A stretch of 64,000 nucleotides of DNA from Vicugna vicugna (taxonomy: Eukaryota), in contig MU058687.1 of assembly GCA_013265495.1 (NCBI GenBank), forward strand, positions 5,330,093 through 5,394,092. The letters are read 5' to 3'. The translations under genes were made by a program, and so were the position numbers. The notes under the pieces were generated by a model that saw nothing but the letters and a program-made list of their open reading frames with translations, was not told the origin of the DNA and ran no database searches. Shown piece after piece: positions 1 through 13,442 of the stretch. Numbering within the stretch: the first letter of the stretch is position 1; the number at the start of each line of letters is the position of its first letter.

Positions 1-339
1 AAAATACTAAGAAGTGAATGAAGAACTCCATATCCACCTAGAACCTTGACAACTTACTGAATCATGGAGGATCTGATGCAGGGAAAACAGGCTCACCCTG
101 CTCAGATTTGGTAAGATCAATTAGACTTGGAAAGGCAGTTTAAAATTTTACCAAAAAAGAAATGGCTCTTTCTGGCAGTGAAATCAATTTGAGAATCCCA
201 AGCTCAACAGAGATTTATTGAGCAACTAATATGCACAAAGCACTATGAATACTACAAAGACATCATTCCTGATTTTAAGAAGGCTGCAGCCAAATATGGT
301 AAATAAAAATCTACGTCATAGAAGAGATTTTGAGTACAT

Positions 340-1045
340 ATTATCTAGTAACTAGTATCTCATTTAATCTCCCCAACAGCCCTAAGCAATAGTTATCATG
401 ACCTTCATCTCAGAGATAAAGAACTGCATTTCAGAGGAATTAAATAGCTTTCCCAAAATTACCCAGCAATAAATAGGCTGAACCCAACTGCCCATCAACA
501 GATGATTGGCTTAAGAAGATGTGAAATGTGTATACAATGGAATATTACTCAGCCATAAAAATAATGAAATATTGCCATTTGCAGCAACATGAATGGACGT
601 AGAGAATAATGTAATTAGTGAAGTACATCAGAGAAAGACAAGTACCATATGATATAACTTATATGTGGAATCTAACAAATAATACAAATGAACTTATATA
701 CAAAACAGAAACAGAATCACAGACACAGAACACAAACTTATGGTTACCAAAGGGGAGAGGGAGGAAGAGGGGAACAAATTAGGAGTATGGGATTAACAGA
801 TATAAACTACTATACATAAAAGAGATAAGCAAGAAGAATTCATTGTATAATACAAGGAATTATGTTCAATATTTTGTAATAACTTATAATGGGATATAAT
901 CTGAAAAAATATATATATCTAAATCATTTTGCTGTACACCTAAGATTAACACAGTATTGTAAATCAACTATATTTCAGTTAAAAAATAGGAAATAGGCCA
1001 AGCTCAGATTTGAACCCAAGTCTTTTTTACTTCAATGCTCATGGA
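340..1045 (-). mobile_element. MIR SINE interrupted by an L1 3' fragment
   Basis: MIR core 340-478 resumes at 991-1045 (gatttgaacccaagtc). Confidence 0.75.
480..987 (+). mobile_element. 5'-truncated L1 (ORF2 end + 3' UTR, cetartiodactyl type)
   Basis: Typical L1 tail (ggaatattactcagccataaaa…gtaaatcaactatatttcagttaaaaaa); TSD aaataggc at 471-478 and 991-998. Confidence 0.9.
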
Positions 1046-1962
1046 ATTTCTATGACTCTTTACTCTCTCTCTAGATGCCTGCATTACACAATTTTATTAA
1101 AGCCTGAACAATTAGGAGTCATTGAAAATTATTGAGCAGGAAAGTAAAAGAATAGATTTGGGTTTTGAAAGATCAATTAGCCATTAATTAATAAAACGGA
1201 TTAGACACAGGGGAGACGTAATAAGGGAGATGGCTAAAAATCAATTTTAATTGTCTGGCTAAAGGAAAGGAAGGTCTGATCTAGATCAGTGACAACAGGA
1301 TGGAAAGAAGGGGCCAGAAACAAGAGACACTGCAAAATGTAATTTATTAGATGTGGTAGCTATGGAGAAAAACCAAACTAAAATGAGGTAGGTTGCTGCT
1401 GACTGAAGTACCTCTATGACAGATGCCTTAGAAGGGTACACTGACCTTGTATTTGACCTGCCAATGAGGTGAGCTCCTTTTTGACTGCAACATTCCATGA
1501 ATTTAAGTAGGGCCTCAATATGGCCTACTGTACTGGGAAACTGTTGAGATGGACACCAGAGCCACTTTACAGCTGGCCTGAATTCATGGCCCACCTCTTC
1601 AAAAAGTTAGTCATATAATAGCACTTGGCCCCATCTGTCCACTGATTCCAACTAAGGATATGTAGCAAACGGCTGTCTTGTCTACTTGGTCAGGTGACCA
1701 GGGGTTCTGGGCCACTATTAGCTGAAGTTCAGACCCTAAACACATAAGAAAACTTCCAAGCATTTTAAAATATGTTAACTATTACATTCTTTTCAAATAC
1801 AATAAAGGGGTAGGAGAAACAAGAAGAGGAGCTGAATTCAAAAAGATGCTGTTTTCCAAGAAAATATGCAGTTGGAAAGCTTTATAGACAGTCATTTTAG
1901 GTGATACTTATCTCTTTTTTAAATTAATGGGACTTGCTAGTTCCAAGAATCTGTCTGGTCAC

Positions 1963-2163
1963 CTAGGATTTATCCCACATGTTGTTAGCAAGCAGCAGTC
2001 TATAAAAGACAAGATCTAATATTCAAAATGCTTGTAATAGCAAAGTCTTTCCTGCCAGTTTTAATAGCATTAAAATGATTGCACACGTCTAGTAAATCTG
2101 CTGCCTTTCAACAACTGGAATCAGACCAGATTCACCTTCTGTCTGCTGTATGTAGCCAGAACC
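1963..2163 (-). pseudogene. Pseudo-exon near the C-terminus (3' end uncertain)
   Basis: Acceptor ttttccttgtcttcag|; phase 2 reads VLATYSRQKVNLV*FQLLKGSRF, like the RGSL1 C-terminal ILRFTLLRG (recalled). Confidence 0.55.
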
Positions 2164-3153
2164 CTGAAGACAAGGAAAAGAGTAAGTGCTGGTAATAGCT
2201 CTGACCTCCTGATCTTCTATTACCCCCACTAGACTCAACTCATGAAGCCCAACTTTTCTATCTTTCTAAAAAGGGACAGCTGGACAGCAGAACGCAAGGG
2301 TACCCAGGGCCTTGTAAAATCACTGAGATGAAACTGCAGAGAGGAATAAATGAGGCAGATGCCCCCTTTCTTATGGACATGAAAAAAAAGAAGTCAGACT
2401 TCATTAAAAGTAATATGTACAGAACTGAGACAAATGTAAGAAAGGCCTCCCAGTGTGCTAGGATGGAAACTAAAATTGTCTAGAATGGATTAAAATTGTG
2501 GTGGACACCAAAGAGAAGGACTAGAATGACAGTGAACACCAAGATACAGAAGAGAGAACCATTTCTCGGGGAAAAGACTGGTCACACAAGAGAAGCTCCT
2601 TAGTTACTCAGCCAGGCGAGGTCCACAGTGAGGAAATCCAGGAAAAACAGAGATCTCATTGGAAATACAGTGAACTACATGTGGAGGACTCTGGGTGTTC
2701 ATTCTGATGAAGCTAGTAATTGACTTGAGCAAGTCATTTAAACTATTAGTCCTTAGTTCCTCAGCTAACCCTTCCAACTCTGTGGTTTTTTTATGTTGAA
2801 GATTTAACATCTATGAATTTCTAATCTAACCTCTAGAAGTTGGAGAATTGGGAGTTTTTGAAATCACTGAGTCCAATTTCTATTTCCTGACCTAATAAGG
2901 GCAATAAAAGGAACATGGAATTTTGAGATTGCATGACTTTTATTACTTACCCTATGCCTAGAACATCTTGATAAATGCAAATTAATCTAATGAGAAAATG
3001 TATCAACATGTATACACAAGTTACCTTTAAAGTTTCTTTAAGCATACCTCAATACCTGAATAAAAATTATGTATACATTTAGCTTAGAAAAAACTGATGT
3101 GGAAAATCCAAACTTATAAAACCAATAAGAGCAACTCCTTTATAAAGCTTTAC

Positions 3154-3186
3154 CTTAGCAGTCTTTTGTGTGGAAATATTCTTTTC
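3154..3186 (-). pseudogene. Micro pseudo-exon (33 bp)
   Basis: Acceptor aaatgctccag|, donor AAG|gtaaag; phase 2 reads RKRIFPHKRLLR. Confidence 0.5.
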
Positions 3187-3394
3187 CTGGAGCATTTAAA
3201 ACATTTAAAAACTGAATTTGCAAAAACAAATTTCAATAGAAAAATTTTGTATAAATCTAAATGTCGTTAATAAAAATATATTCAGAAAACTACCCTAGAG
3301 GTTAAAGTGTTTTGTATCAGGATCAGGTTTTGAAACTACAAAAACATATTTGCATTTTGTTATAAATATTTTACTAAAGATCTAATCTCACTGA

Positions 3395-3885
3395 GAGTAA
3401 ATGTCAAATTCTGCACATGACCTGAAGCCCTGCACACTCTCTCCCTCTCCCTCAACCCCACTGGGCACGACATATCTTCATCTCCTACCTGCCTCTCCCC
3501 TCTCCCCAGCCCCTGCAGTTTATCTCCCTCCAGCCACATGGAACTCCTCACTCTTCCTATAATTTGCTAGACATGTTCCCACTGCAAAGGCTTTGCACTT
3601 GCTATTCCTTCTGATTAGAATGCTCTTCCTGCCAGAAATTTAAAAAAAAAAAAAAGAAATTGTTCTTTTCCTCTCAGTGGAGTCTCCCCTGGAGAACTTA
3701 TTAAAAATTGCAAAATGCTTTAACAGTTTTATTTTCTTCCCTTAGACCACATCACTATTTAACATACTAGAAATTTTACTTACATGTGTTTATTGTAAGG
3801 TGTTTTACCTGTTTTGCTGTATCTCAGCACCTTGAGTAGCAGCTGGCATAGAGAAGGTAGGGGCCTAGTAAATGCTTGCTGAATT
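3395..3885 (+). mobile_element. L2 LINE 3' fragment
   Basis: ggctttgcacttgctattccttc…ctggcatag…taaatgcttgctgaat L2 tail motifs. Confidence 0.75.
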
Positions 3886-3945
3886 AGTAAACTGTCAAAA
3901 AAATGTGGCTTCGTGATCTTCGTTTATTTCTTATTTTAAAAATGC

Positions 3946-4680
3946 AAATGACAAGAAAGCGGGGATAGCAATATTCATATCAGACAAAATGGACTTTAAA
4001 ACAGAGGCCATAAACACAGACAAAGAAGGATACTGTATATGATAAAAGGATCAGTACAAGAAGAGGATATCACACACATTAACATATACACACCCAATAA
4101 AGGAGCACCGAAATACATAAAATAAACACCAGCAGACATAAAGGGAGAACTTGGCAGGAATACAGTAAAGTAGGAGACTTTGACATGCCACCAACACCAA
4201 TGCACAGATCTTCCAGATAGAAAATCAATAAGGCAAGAGAGATCCTAAATGACACAACAGAAGAGTTAGACATAATGGGTATCTATACAACACTACATCC
4301 AAAAAAACGCACACACATTCTTTTCAAGTGCATGTGGAACATTCTCTAGGATAGACGATGTGCTAGGATATAAAATAAGCCTCAACAAATTTTAGAGGAT
4401 AGAAATTATTTCAAGTATCTTTTCTGACCACAATGGCATGAAACTAGAAATCAACCACAGGAAAAGAAATGAGAAAAAAAACAATTAAATGGAGACTAAA
4501 AAGCAGGCTACTAAAAAAACCAAAGAATCCTAAGAAATAATCACCATCATGTCCAACTCATAGATGAAGAACTGTCTTTCAGAGATATGAAGTAGCTTTC
4601 CCAAAATCACCCAGCTAGAATAGGCTGAGCCCAAGTGCTCATCAACAGACAATTGGCTTAAGAAGATGTGGTGTACACAT

Positions 4681-4717
<37 letters not shown>

Positions 4718-5198
4718 AATATTACTCAGCCATAAAAAGAATGAAATATTACCATTTGCAGCAAAATGAGTGGACCTAAAGAGTATTATACTTAATTAAG
4801 ACAAGGAAAGACAAATATTATATGATATCACTTATATGTGTAATCTAAAATTAATAAAAATAAACTTATTTACAAAACAGAAACAGATTCACAGACATAG
4901 AAAACAAATTCATGGTTGTCAAAGGGGAGAGTGAGGGAGAGAGGGACAAATTAAGAGTATGGGATTAACAGATGCACACTACCATATATAAAATAGATAA
5001 TAAGGATTTACTATATAGCACAGTAATAGCACAGTATGGTACAGGGAACTACATTCAATATCTTGTAATAACTGATAATAAAAAAGAACTAAGTAAAGAA
5101 CATACATACGTACATATATACATATAAAAAACTGAATCACTTTGCTATATACCTGAAACTAACGCAATATTGTAAATCAACTATACTTCAATAAAAAA
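3946..5198 (+). mobile_element. Rearranged L1: ORF2 endonuclease part (3946-4528) + copied MIR piece (4529-4628) + L1 3' end
   Basis: Endonuclease-region nucleotide motifs (tcagacaaaatggactttaaaac…), then MIR, then an L1 3' UTR ending caataaaaaaa. Confidence 0.85.
4683..4714. repeat. (CA)n microsatellite
   Basis: Seen directly. Confidence 0.95.
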
Positions 5199-5622
5199 AT
5201 TACAAGATGGCTAAAATAACCTCTCATTCATTTTACAAGGTGTCAACAATGAGAGATAGGGCATGGGTGTACTCATTTGAAGGGACTTTGTGAACTACAT
5301 GACTAGAAATGCATATTTGTGGACTTCCTAATTTGTTATGAATTATATATAGTTAGTCTTAATTTCAAAGGGTTCAAAAACAGATTTTCTCTATTTTTAT
5401 ACAGAAAATGATATAGTTACAGCTTAGTTGTAACTAGTGGAAAAACTTTCGTTAGTAAGAATATTAGTGTTTGATAAGTTAGATTACTCTCAAGAATTCT
5501 GGGGGTTGTTTCAAATGGAGAAACACCATAATTTGAGCCAGGAATTTCAAGAGTCTGGGCCTCATATTTGGTCCCATAAAATTCCAGAAACTTGTGGCTT
5601 ATTAAAGCATGGTTTGCTTTAC

Positions 5623-5715
5623 CTTCAAACATTTCCTCTTAAAATTTATTTACAAAGATGCTGCATCTTACTCATAATTGATGTACATGTAGAGGTTTGT
5701 ATCTGTCAGTGGCAG
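5623..5715 (-). pseudogene. Pseudo-exon (93 bp)
   Basis: Follows a 103-bp intron with ctgac branch motif and poly-T cag acceptor; donor GAAG|gtaaag. Confidence 0.55.
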
Positions 5716-5818
5716 CTGAAAAAAAATTAAAGCCAAATTCAAGCTCAGTCAGTTTGTGTATCTCTTCTGAAAGTATGTCTTCATTTCCACCCTACTAAAG
5801 TGATTCTGTCCAACTCAC

Positions 5819-6224
5819 TCTACTTCCATAATGGAAAATAAAAGCAGTATGAAGCCATCAGTTTCCTTGATGTGGTTTGAAAAAGGGTGAAAGTGCTTCA
5901 TTGAATAAGTCTATAATTAATGCTCTTTATCTCCCTTCCCATTGTTTTAAGTTTTTGTTTTCAGTTGCCTTCAATATCCATCAGAATGTGTCCAATGGGG
6001 AACAACAATTCTAAAGACTGTTTTTTTCCAGTTTTGCTGTACATTGCTGATTTGATATAGAAAGAAGGTATTTTCAAGCTGCTTCTTCATATGAAGTAAA
6101 AGTTTACATTTTACTTTGGTATCTTTCAAATATCCCACAACCTGGTGATTGTTGAGACTTTGGACATCAAGAAAGCTCATGATCCTGATCTCTTCCTTCA
6201 CCACATCTTGTAATCAAAACCAAC
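5819..6224 (-). pseudogene. Pseudo-exon (406 bp)
   Basis: Acceptor gttttgtag|, donor AGA|gtgagt; phase-1 join gives NFQ|GWF*LQDVVKEEIRIMSFL... in the frame of ORF 5971-6204. Confidence 0.6.
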
Positions 6225-6519
6225 CTACAAAACTTAGCACGTCCTTATGAAGAGTGATGCAAAGGAAGTTAGTAAACCAGCTTTCTTTTTTTCAGTGAAA
6301 CGTTTGTAACTTTCCTTTCTCCTCTTCCATTAGTAAGTGGAATCAATTTTTCCATGCTTAGGCTAAACATCTTAAATTCCTTACTAGTAGGGGGTTAGAC
6401 CACACTGGTTCATGTATACTAGCTAGTCTGATAAAAATCTCTTTTGCTGTATTTTCAAGCATGAAGCACCCTAGGGAAAGGTAAGCTGGATTGGACCTGT
6501 GGACTGAGTTTTGAAATAA

Positions 6520-6760
6520 CCCCTGGACTATGAGTCAGATGACCTGAGTTCCTGTCTTGAACTGCCAGTTACTAATTCTGGGAGTAGGGACAGTCATTTA
6601 ACCTCATTGAGCCTCAACTAACTCTCCTATGGAATAGAGGCGGGAAATGTTGTGTTTCTTATTTCACCATCAGAGGAATATTTGAGAATTAAATAAAACA
6701 ATGTCATTACAGTGCTTTATGAACTGAATGGCATCATATAAACGTGATAAATTATTTCAA
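6520..6760 (+). mobile_element. MIR SINE
   Basis: gagtcagatgacctgagttc…gtcatttaacctcattgagcctca core. Confidence 0.7.
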
Positions 6761-7414
6761 CTGCTGCTACGATTGTCAGCTGAAGTTTGGTCCATGTCTG
6801 ATTTCTGGGATGGGCTATGTTCCCCTTATTTATCATTTGGCCATTATCTTTTGCAATTCAAAAGCTGCACAAATTATTCAGCTGCATTGGACATTTGTAA
6901 TGGGTAATATTGCTGAAAATAAATAGCTTTGTGAATGCTTTTTGCTCTGAAGTTTTCTTGTGATCTTTTTTTCTCAGGCCAATTTTGGGCAAAATTATGC
7001 AAGGGTATTTTCAGCACCTCCCATTATTCTTCTGCCAACTCCATCTCAGTCTTTTCAGTGCCTTTTCTTTCCTAGAGTGTCTAATGCTTCATCTGGCTCT
7101 GGTGCCAGAAGAAAACCTCAATCCAGTAACTGTGATGCTCCATCCTTGATTGCCCATGTGGATGGCACCCACAATGGGCTCCTGTTCTCCAACACACACT
7201 TCCACATGTATCTGGCTAGAGATCCATTCTTGACAAAGATAGCCCGTCTGAATAAATAATTAGCACTGGATTGATAATGGAAATAATGGCTATGCACCAA
7301 GGTTTAAAATTTACATGTTAATATGTGTTTTTAACGCCTTACCTGAAAGGCCATGGGGTCTTTCTAAGGTTGTTTCCCCCAAGAGGAATCCCCCCTTTTC
7401 TCTTCCTCTTCTTT

Positions 7415-7697
7415 ATCTAGTTAATGCTTTTCCCGGCTTCATCACCAAAGGAGAAGTCTTCTCTGATCTCCCTAACTAAATTAATTCATGTCAATGTAAT
7501 TTCTTATAGCATCATGGTTTTTTTCTTCATACCATTTATCATAGTTGTAATTTTACATTTAATTACATATTTTTAATGACTTTCTTCCAACTCTTTTCTA
7601 AGTTCCAAGAAAACATAGACTATCTTATATTTTACTTTTCATCTCCATGCCCCAGGGCCTAGAAAATAGCAGGTACTCAATAAATATTAAATGAATT
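7415..7697 (+). mobile_element. L2 3' fragment
   Basis: Ends aggtactcaataaatattaaatgaat. Confidence 0.6.
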
Positions 7698-9166
7698 GAC
7701 AGGCTCATACATGAAAAATTCATTTTTTATCAGGGAGCTTTTACTTTTGAATCACCTCCTGAAGGTGATCAAAGAAGGTCAGTGGGAGTTCTTACCTGCA
7801 AGCAAAACTTGACCCTCTTTCTGCCTGTTTCAAGAAAGGGTAGGTTTATGTGAAGGACTTTTAGGGTAATGGCAGCATGCACTCATCAACAAATGAGCTG
7901 GATGCTGGGAGATCAGACTTCAAAACACTAGAAAATAAGGGTAATATGGATGTTTGAAACCAGAAAAGGACACACAAGGATCTGTGGACAACAAAGCTGG
8001 TCTAAATGCCCCTTCGTTGCCACCTGCATTGTTGGCTCTCCTTCCCCTGTAAATACTGCCCCTGTTCATGTGCTGAAATGAATCTGGTCTCCAAATACCA
8101 CCATCTTCCTGTGTCACTAACTAAAGGGTAGATATGTGTATAGTCTATCTGGGCTCATAGAAGCTTGCAGGAAACAAAGGTAACACTTCTTCCATATTCT
8201 GATTGGCTAAGCTTAGATCATGTGCCAGATATGGCTAGAAGAAGGATTTTTAGTGGGAAGAGACCACAGCAGGCAGGCACCAGGAATTACAATCCAACTC
8301 AAATTGTTTCCACTTAAGAGAAAGCATTCCATGGGAAAATCAAGAGGATGAATGCTGAGCTTCAAAAAACCTCATCAACATCAGCTACAAGCAAGTAAGC
8401 AGTCAATGTAATTCCAGCTTTGTTAACCTAAAAAGGAAAAAAGAAAATCTGAAAATAGCAGAAAGAATAAGAGAGGAGCATCAGAATCTTTCCCATGGGT
8501 CCAGGAAAAATTGTGAAATGCAGAGATGATAAATCTCCCATAGATTCAGACATTAGGCTTAATATGGACATTGCCAGTCTTTCTGCATTGAATCACTTAG
8601 CAATTAGAATTCCACTGAGCCTCTGTATCTTTTTGGTGACTATAATCATCTATAATTAGCTAAGATGGAAAAGTATCTTCCCCCAAATAAACCTATGCCA
8701 AAAGTCAAAGGTCAAAAGTTAAAGCAATAAACAAAACCCTTAGTTTTCCTCATTTTATTTCCCTTAATGCATTCAGATTCCACTCAATTACCAGAATGCA
8801 ATAACAGGAAGTTATACCCATATGCTCAAAACATTGCCCAAGAGAAATGGATTACTTACTGTCTGATGCTGCTCTACAGAAACTTCCAAAATTTCTCGAT
8901 CCTTCCATTTAACTGCTCCCCATGTCCACATTCTCTGTGCTGTTTTTCTTTTCATTAACATCTCCTTTCTTTTTCTCTTTTATATTTTAACTCTTTTCAT
9001 CTACAATGTCCTTCTTGTTCATTAGTTTAGCTATTTAAAAGTGAAAATCAAAGAGCTAATACCAAATATTATCAAGGAACCCTGCTTTTTAACTCCAGAT
9101 GATTCCTTTCTGCGGAGGGATCCAAATCAATGTTAACACTGGGCCTCTGTTACTTGACTCACTCAC

Positions 9167-10147
9167 CTTGGAAGTTTGAACTTATCCAAAGAATAAACCT
9201 GGCCAGGGTAACCTAGCTCTATACTTCTTCTTCTTCTTAGGAGTGGGCTGGGAACCAGCCCCATCTCCTCTTAGCATGTGCCCTCTGCTGCTTCTCCAGG
9301 CCAGGAGCTTGTCCATGTCCAGCATCGTAAAAGACTGAGATATTAAGACAGCCATATTCGGGGGATCTGATCTCTCATATAACAGGCTCCATTGTGAGCA
9401 TGGATTAATTTTATGAGGTGAGATGCTGTTCTCCATTTGCCACTCCTTTGTTTCTTTTCTAACCCTCCAATACCTAACTGGGAAGAGGGGTGCTATTTGA
9501 GGACCCTTCAGAAGCCAAAACATCAAACACTTTCCACTTAAATTTAACTCAACAGTATTCATATTTACAGATTTGCCTCTCTCTGGGAAGTGAGTAAAAT
9601 CTGGGGGAAACTGAGGAGGAGAAATGAAGCACCCAGGGCTCTTCACTGAGGTTGATGAGTTAGGTGCATACCTCTGGTCTAGAAGGTATTTGTGAGGGAC
9701 AAGTCCTGATGAAATCATAAGAAGAGAGTTTAAAATGAGAACATCTGGCTAGTAGAGTCCACAGAGGTTAAAGAACTGGTGCTCCTCCCCAACGTGCCAT
9801 CACCGACGTTATGAGGAACGTTTATTGTCTTCTGTTCGCTCGCATGCATTGCAAATGGGCACCAGGTGCTCCAGGCCTCTTCTGCTGTACAATTAGTAGC
9901 AAACCATGCATGCAGTACAATTGCTTGGCGTCCTGAGTGATTTGGCTTTTCAGACTGAAGAGGCCAAGAGCAAGCTGGCAGTTCCCCCACCACTCAAATC
10001 ACAGCTGGCTGCTCTATTCACAGGACTCCATCCCAGCCTCATCAGTGTGTGTCCAGCCTGCTGAGGCTCATAGACTCTTGGAGGAAACAGAAGCGGACAT
10101 TTTAGACTGATTGTTTTCAGGAACAATCCACCACACTGACTGTTTGT
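9167..10147 (-). pseudogene. Large pseudo-exon (981 bp) with frameshifts
   Basis: Acceptor cttccctttatag|, donor AAG|gtgagt. Phase-2 entry lands in the frame of ORF 9730-9993, then ORF 9182-9718 (SGKCLMFWLL), ending FPAHS*EEEEV*S*VTLARFILWISSNFQ. Confidence 0.65.
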
Positions 10148-10339
10148 CTATAAAGGGAAGTGGCAATGGGTCTTAGATTTCATTTTATTTGCAGAGGACT
10201 TTTATACCAATAAAGTCAATTGTTCAAAATAATACTGCAAAGGAGGGTTCATTTATTCCAGATTTTTAATGGCAAAAATTAAACGGGAAACCTTCTTACG
10301 TTGAAAGGATGAATCAAATCCCTGAACTCAGAATGGCTT

Positions 10340-10810
10340 CAGCTATTCATCTACATAATCTTTTTTAAAAAATGTAAGTCAGATTATGTCATTCACCTGA
10401 TTAAAATCCCCAGTGAATACTCTTGTACCTAGAATACCACAAACTTTGTACATGTCACGTTCCTTCCTACCTCGGGACCATTGCTCTGAATCTTCCCTCT
10501 GCTTTAGACACTTGCTTCCCCCGCTCCCAACACCTTGAACATGACTGGTTCACACTTAGTAGTTGGTTCTTAACCCAAGTGCCATCTCATCAGAGAGATC
10601 TTTCCTGACTATTTTATTTTAAGAGGTACACTCCAACCCCAGTCATTCGCCAGCTTGTTTTGTTTTCATTTCCATTCATTGTTTATCTCCCTCTCTAGAG
10701 TAGAAACTGTATGCGGCAGGGATCTCGACTGTCACATTGATTGTGGTAGCCCCACTTTCTGGAACAGCGCCTGCTGCAACGTGTTAGGCACTCAGATGCT
10801 TTGTTGAAAC
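10340..10810 (+). mobile_element. L2 3' fragment
   Basis: aaatgtaagtcagattatgtcattcacctg…taggcactcagatgctttgttgaa. Confidence 0.7.
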
Positions 10811-11095
10811 GTAGCAACTCAATCCCTTACGATGACAATTTGAAATATATATATTTATATATAACAGTAATATATAAAAATGTTATATTTAAAATGTAAA
10901 TATATAGATTATACATAACTATAAATAATATGTAGTAAGTGAATGTTTCTACATCTGGTAATTATATCAATTAATACCATTTGTTGAATAGCCTAGTATG
11001 TTTAAGATTAATCACCTGTTGTTCTCTATAAATCCCTACATAGTACTACAGAACTACTATCCCAAAAGGAGGAATTCTGGACGGACAAAACTTAC

Positions 11096-11246
11096 ATATG
11101 TTCACTACAGAGCCCTTTGAACAGAATATCCCCAGTGTGCTTGCTACCTCATTCCATCATTTTCTGCTTATAGCAATCAGGGGAGACATAAAGGTGCTTA
11201 AACAGACGGCAAAATGCTGATAAAATTTGTGGTTTTACCTATGTTT
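11096..11246 (-). pseudogene. Pseudo-exon (151 bp, phase 1-2)
   Basis: Acceptor cttcctatttatag|, donor AT|gtaagt; ET*VKPQILSAFCRLFKHLYVSPDCYKQKMME*GSKH... Confidence 0.6.
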
Positions 11247-11774
11247 CTATAAATAGGAAGCAGTAGATCCAATTAATGTAGAACCTTAATTTTGGAGGAT
11301 AACTGAATCAATACTATTTCAACAATTTACTATTTTTTAAAATTATTTCTAGCATTCTTGGTCACATCATCCTAAAATGATGCTATGGCACACATAAATA
11401 ATGGCTACACAATAAATAACAATTTGGTTTCTTTTTACAATGTCATTGAACTTTTGAGTAGCCTATTTTTTAAAAAAAATCAGGAAAACAATTCTCACTG
11501 TGTAGATTTTTGATGTTTGTCTGAATTTTCCATTTTTAATTCAATGTTTGTTCTATTCAATCTTAAGCTGTTATGCATCAGAATTGAGACAGGACCCATA
11601 TTAAACTTTAAATCTCTTTTAGCAACTGGATTATATCAGTACGCATGTGCGTGTGTGTGTATGTGTGTGTGTATCTGTGTGTCACATACAGAGGTAGATC
11701 ATTCTCATGGATCCTTTAGAATAGCTCTAGGAGCCCATGAAAGTATTCCTATTTTTGAGGCTTCCAAGTTATAT

Positions 11775-12200
11775 TAAGGCTCTTTTAGTTACAAGTGACA
11801 GAAACCCAAGTAAAACCAGATTATATCCATGCCTAAGGAAGTGCATTGCTACATAAAACCAGGACATAAATCAAGGTACTTCAGAGAATCAGGGAAAGTG
11901 CTCCAGGAACAAGGACCTTAGGTGCTAGAACTGGAACCTGCGATCACAGTACTGTGAGCTCTTTCTTACTTTCCATCCATCTCATCCGTGCCTGACTCTG
12001 CAGCTCTTTGTATGTTGGTTGAATTATTTCCTGCTACACAGATGCCTTCCCCATGTTTTCATGAATGCAACATCCATCAGCTTAAACTTAGCACAGGAAA
12101 AGAAATTTTTTCCTTTTCCCAATGTCCTTATGTCAATCCCAGGGAAAGATTTCAATTGCTCTTACTTTAAATGCTGACTGTTGTGACCAAGGTTGACCGA
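11775..12200 (-). mobile_element. Old MaLR LTR (MLT1J/K/L-like)
   Basis: ttagttacaagtgacagaaaccca terminal motif. Confidence 0.5.
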
Positions 12201-12526
12201 GTCTATTAGCAAGAAGAGAGATCTCACTGGATAGAAAAAAATAATGTTATTACAGTACATTTCAAAGGTTAAGAATCAAAATTGCTTTACTTTTATCATT
12301 TACCGAGGGCCTCTTTAGTATTAGGCATTTGACTATGCATTGTCAGCACAGATAAAATGCACATTTCCTAGCACAATTCACATACACGCTTAATGTTATT
12401 TTTGCATTGAGCTAGGTGCTTAAGATACGAATAGTTATGATTTTTTTTCCCTCTGTGGACTTGCAATATAGTTTGGGAGCAAGGCTATAACTATTAAAAG
12501 AGTCATATATGATAGCTTTTAAGTAC

Positions 12527-12835
12527 CAGATGAGACATGCAGCTGATTAGTGCCATGGAATTTTTCAAAGGAGTCAGCACTGCTGGGGCTAAAGTAATCT
12601 GAGATATGCTCACGGAAGAAACAGGACCTGAGTTACTGGCAGATCTCAAAGGACAGACAGAACGTAGATATGCAGGCTCGCCATCTCTTCCGGAGCTAAC
12701 CTTTCCATGCTGTTTAAATGTGCCAGCTATGGTTGAGCTCTGTGGAGGTCCTTGCCCAGCATTTCCCTCTAGAAATTCAGAGTGGGCATTGAGCCTGGGG
12801 TGCAACCACTCACCTCTCTGGCTTCAGGGTTCTGG
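12527..12835 (-). pseudogene. Pseudo-exon (309 bp, phase 1-1)
   Basis: Acceptor catctcctgctag|, donor CTG|gtactt; frame …SCFFREHISDYFSPSSADSFEKF… joins in phase on both sides. Confidence 0.55.
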
Positions 12836-12974
12836 CTAGCAGGAGATGTACATAAAGATAAATTGCCAAATAAGGATCTGAGTATCAGCTTCATAATGTG
12901 CCAGGAAAGAGCTCTTTCGTAATTGTTAGGTTGAAAAGGATAGAGTTTTGTTTTGGTTTTTAACCTTTGCCTGT

Positions 12975-13442
12975 GTGTTAGTTTCTTAGGACTGCTATAA
13001 AAAATTACTACAAACTTGAGGGCTTAAATCAACATAAATTTATTCTCTTACAGTTCTGGGGTCCAGATGTCCAAAGTCAAAGTGCTTAGAGGGCCACACT
13101 TCCTTAGAAGTTTCTAGGTGAGAATCTGCCCTTGCCTCTTGCAGCTTCTGGTGGCTTCATGGTTTGTGGAAGCATAACTCCAATCTCTGTCTTCATCTTT
13201 ACATGCCTTTTCTCCTGCGTTCCTGTGTCTCATCACAGATCTCCCTCTGCCTGTGTCTCATAAGGACCCTGTCCTTGGATTTAAGTCCCACCCTAAATCT
13301 AGGATAATTCCATCTCAAGATCTTTAGCTTAATAATTAATATCTGCAAAGAGCCTTTTCCAAAAGATTACATTCACATGTTCTGGAGGTTAGGACTTGGA
13401 CGTATACTGGGGCAGGGTGAGGGCACTATTTAATTCATACAC
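12975..13442 (-). mobile_element. MaLR solo LTR (MLT1C-like)
   Basis: tgtgttagtttcttaggactgct…aaatttattctcttacagttctgg…ggttaggacttggacgtat. Confidence 0.85.

Noticed and set aside
9182..9718. 178-aa ORF as a stand-alone intact gene
   Set aside because: It is one frame segment of a larger frameshifted exon (10147-9167) bounded by splice sites.
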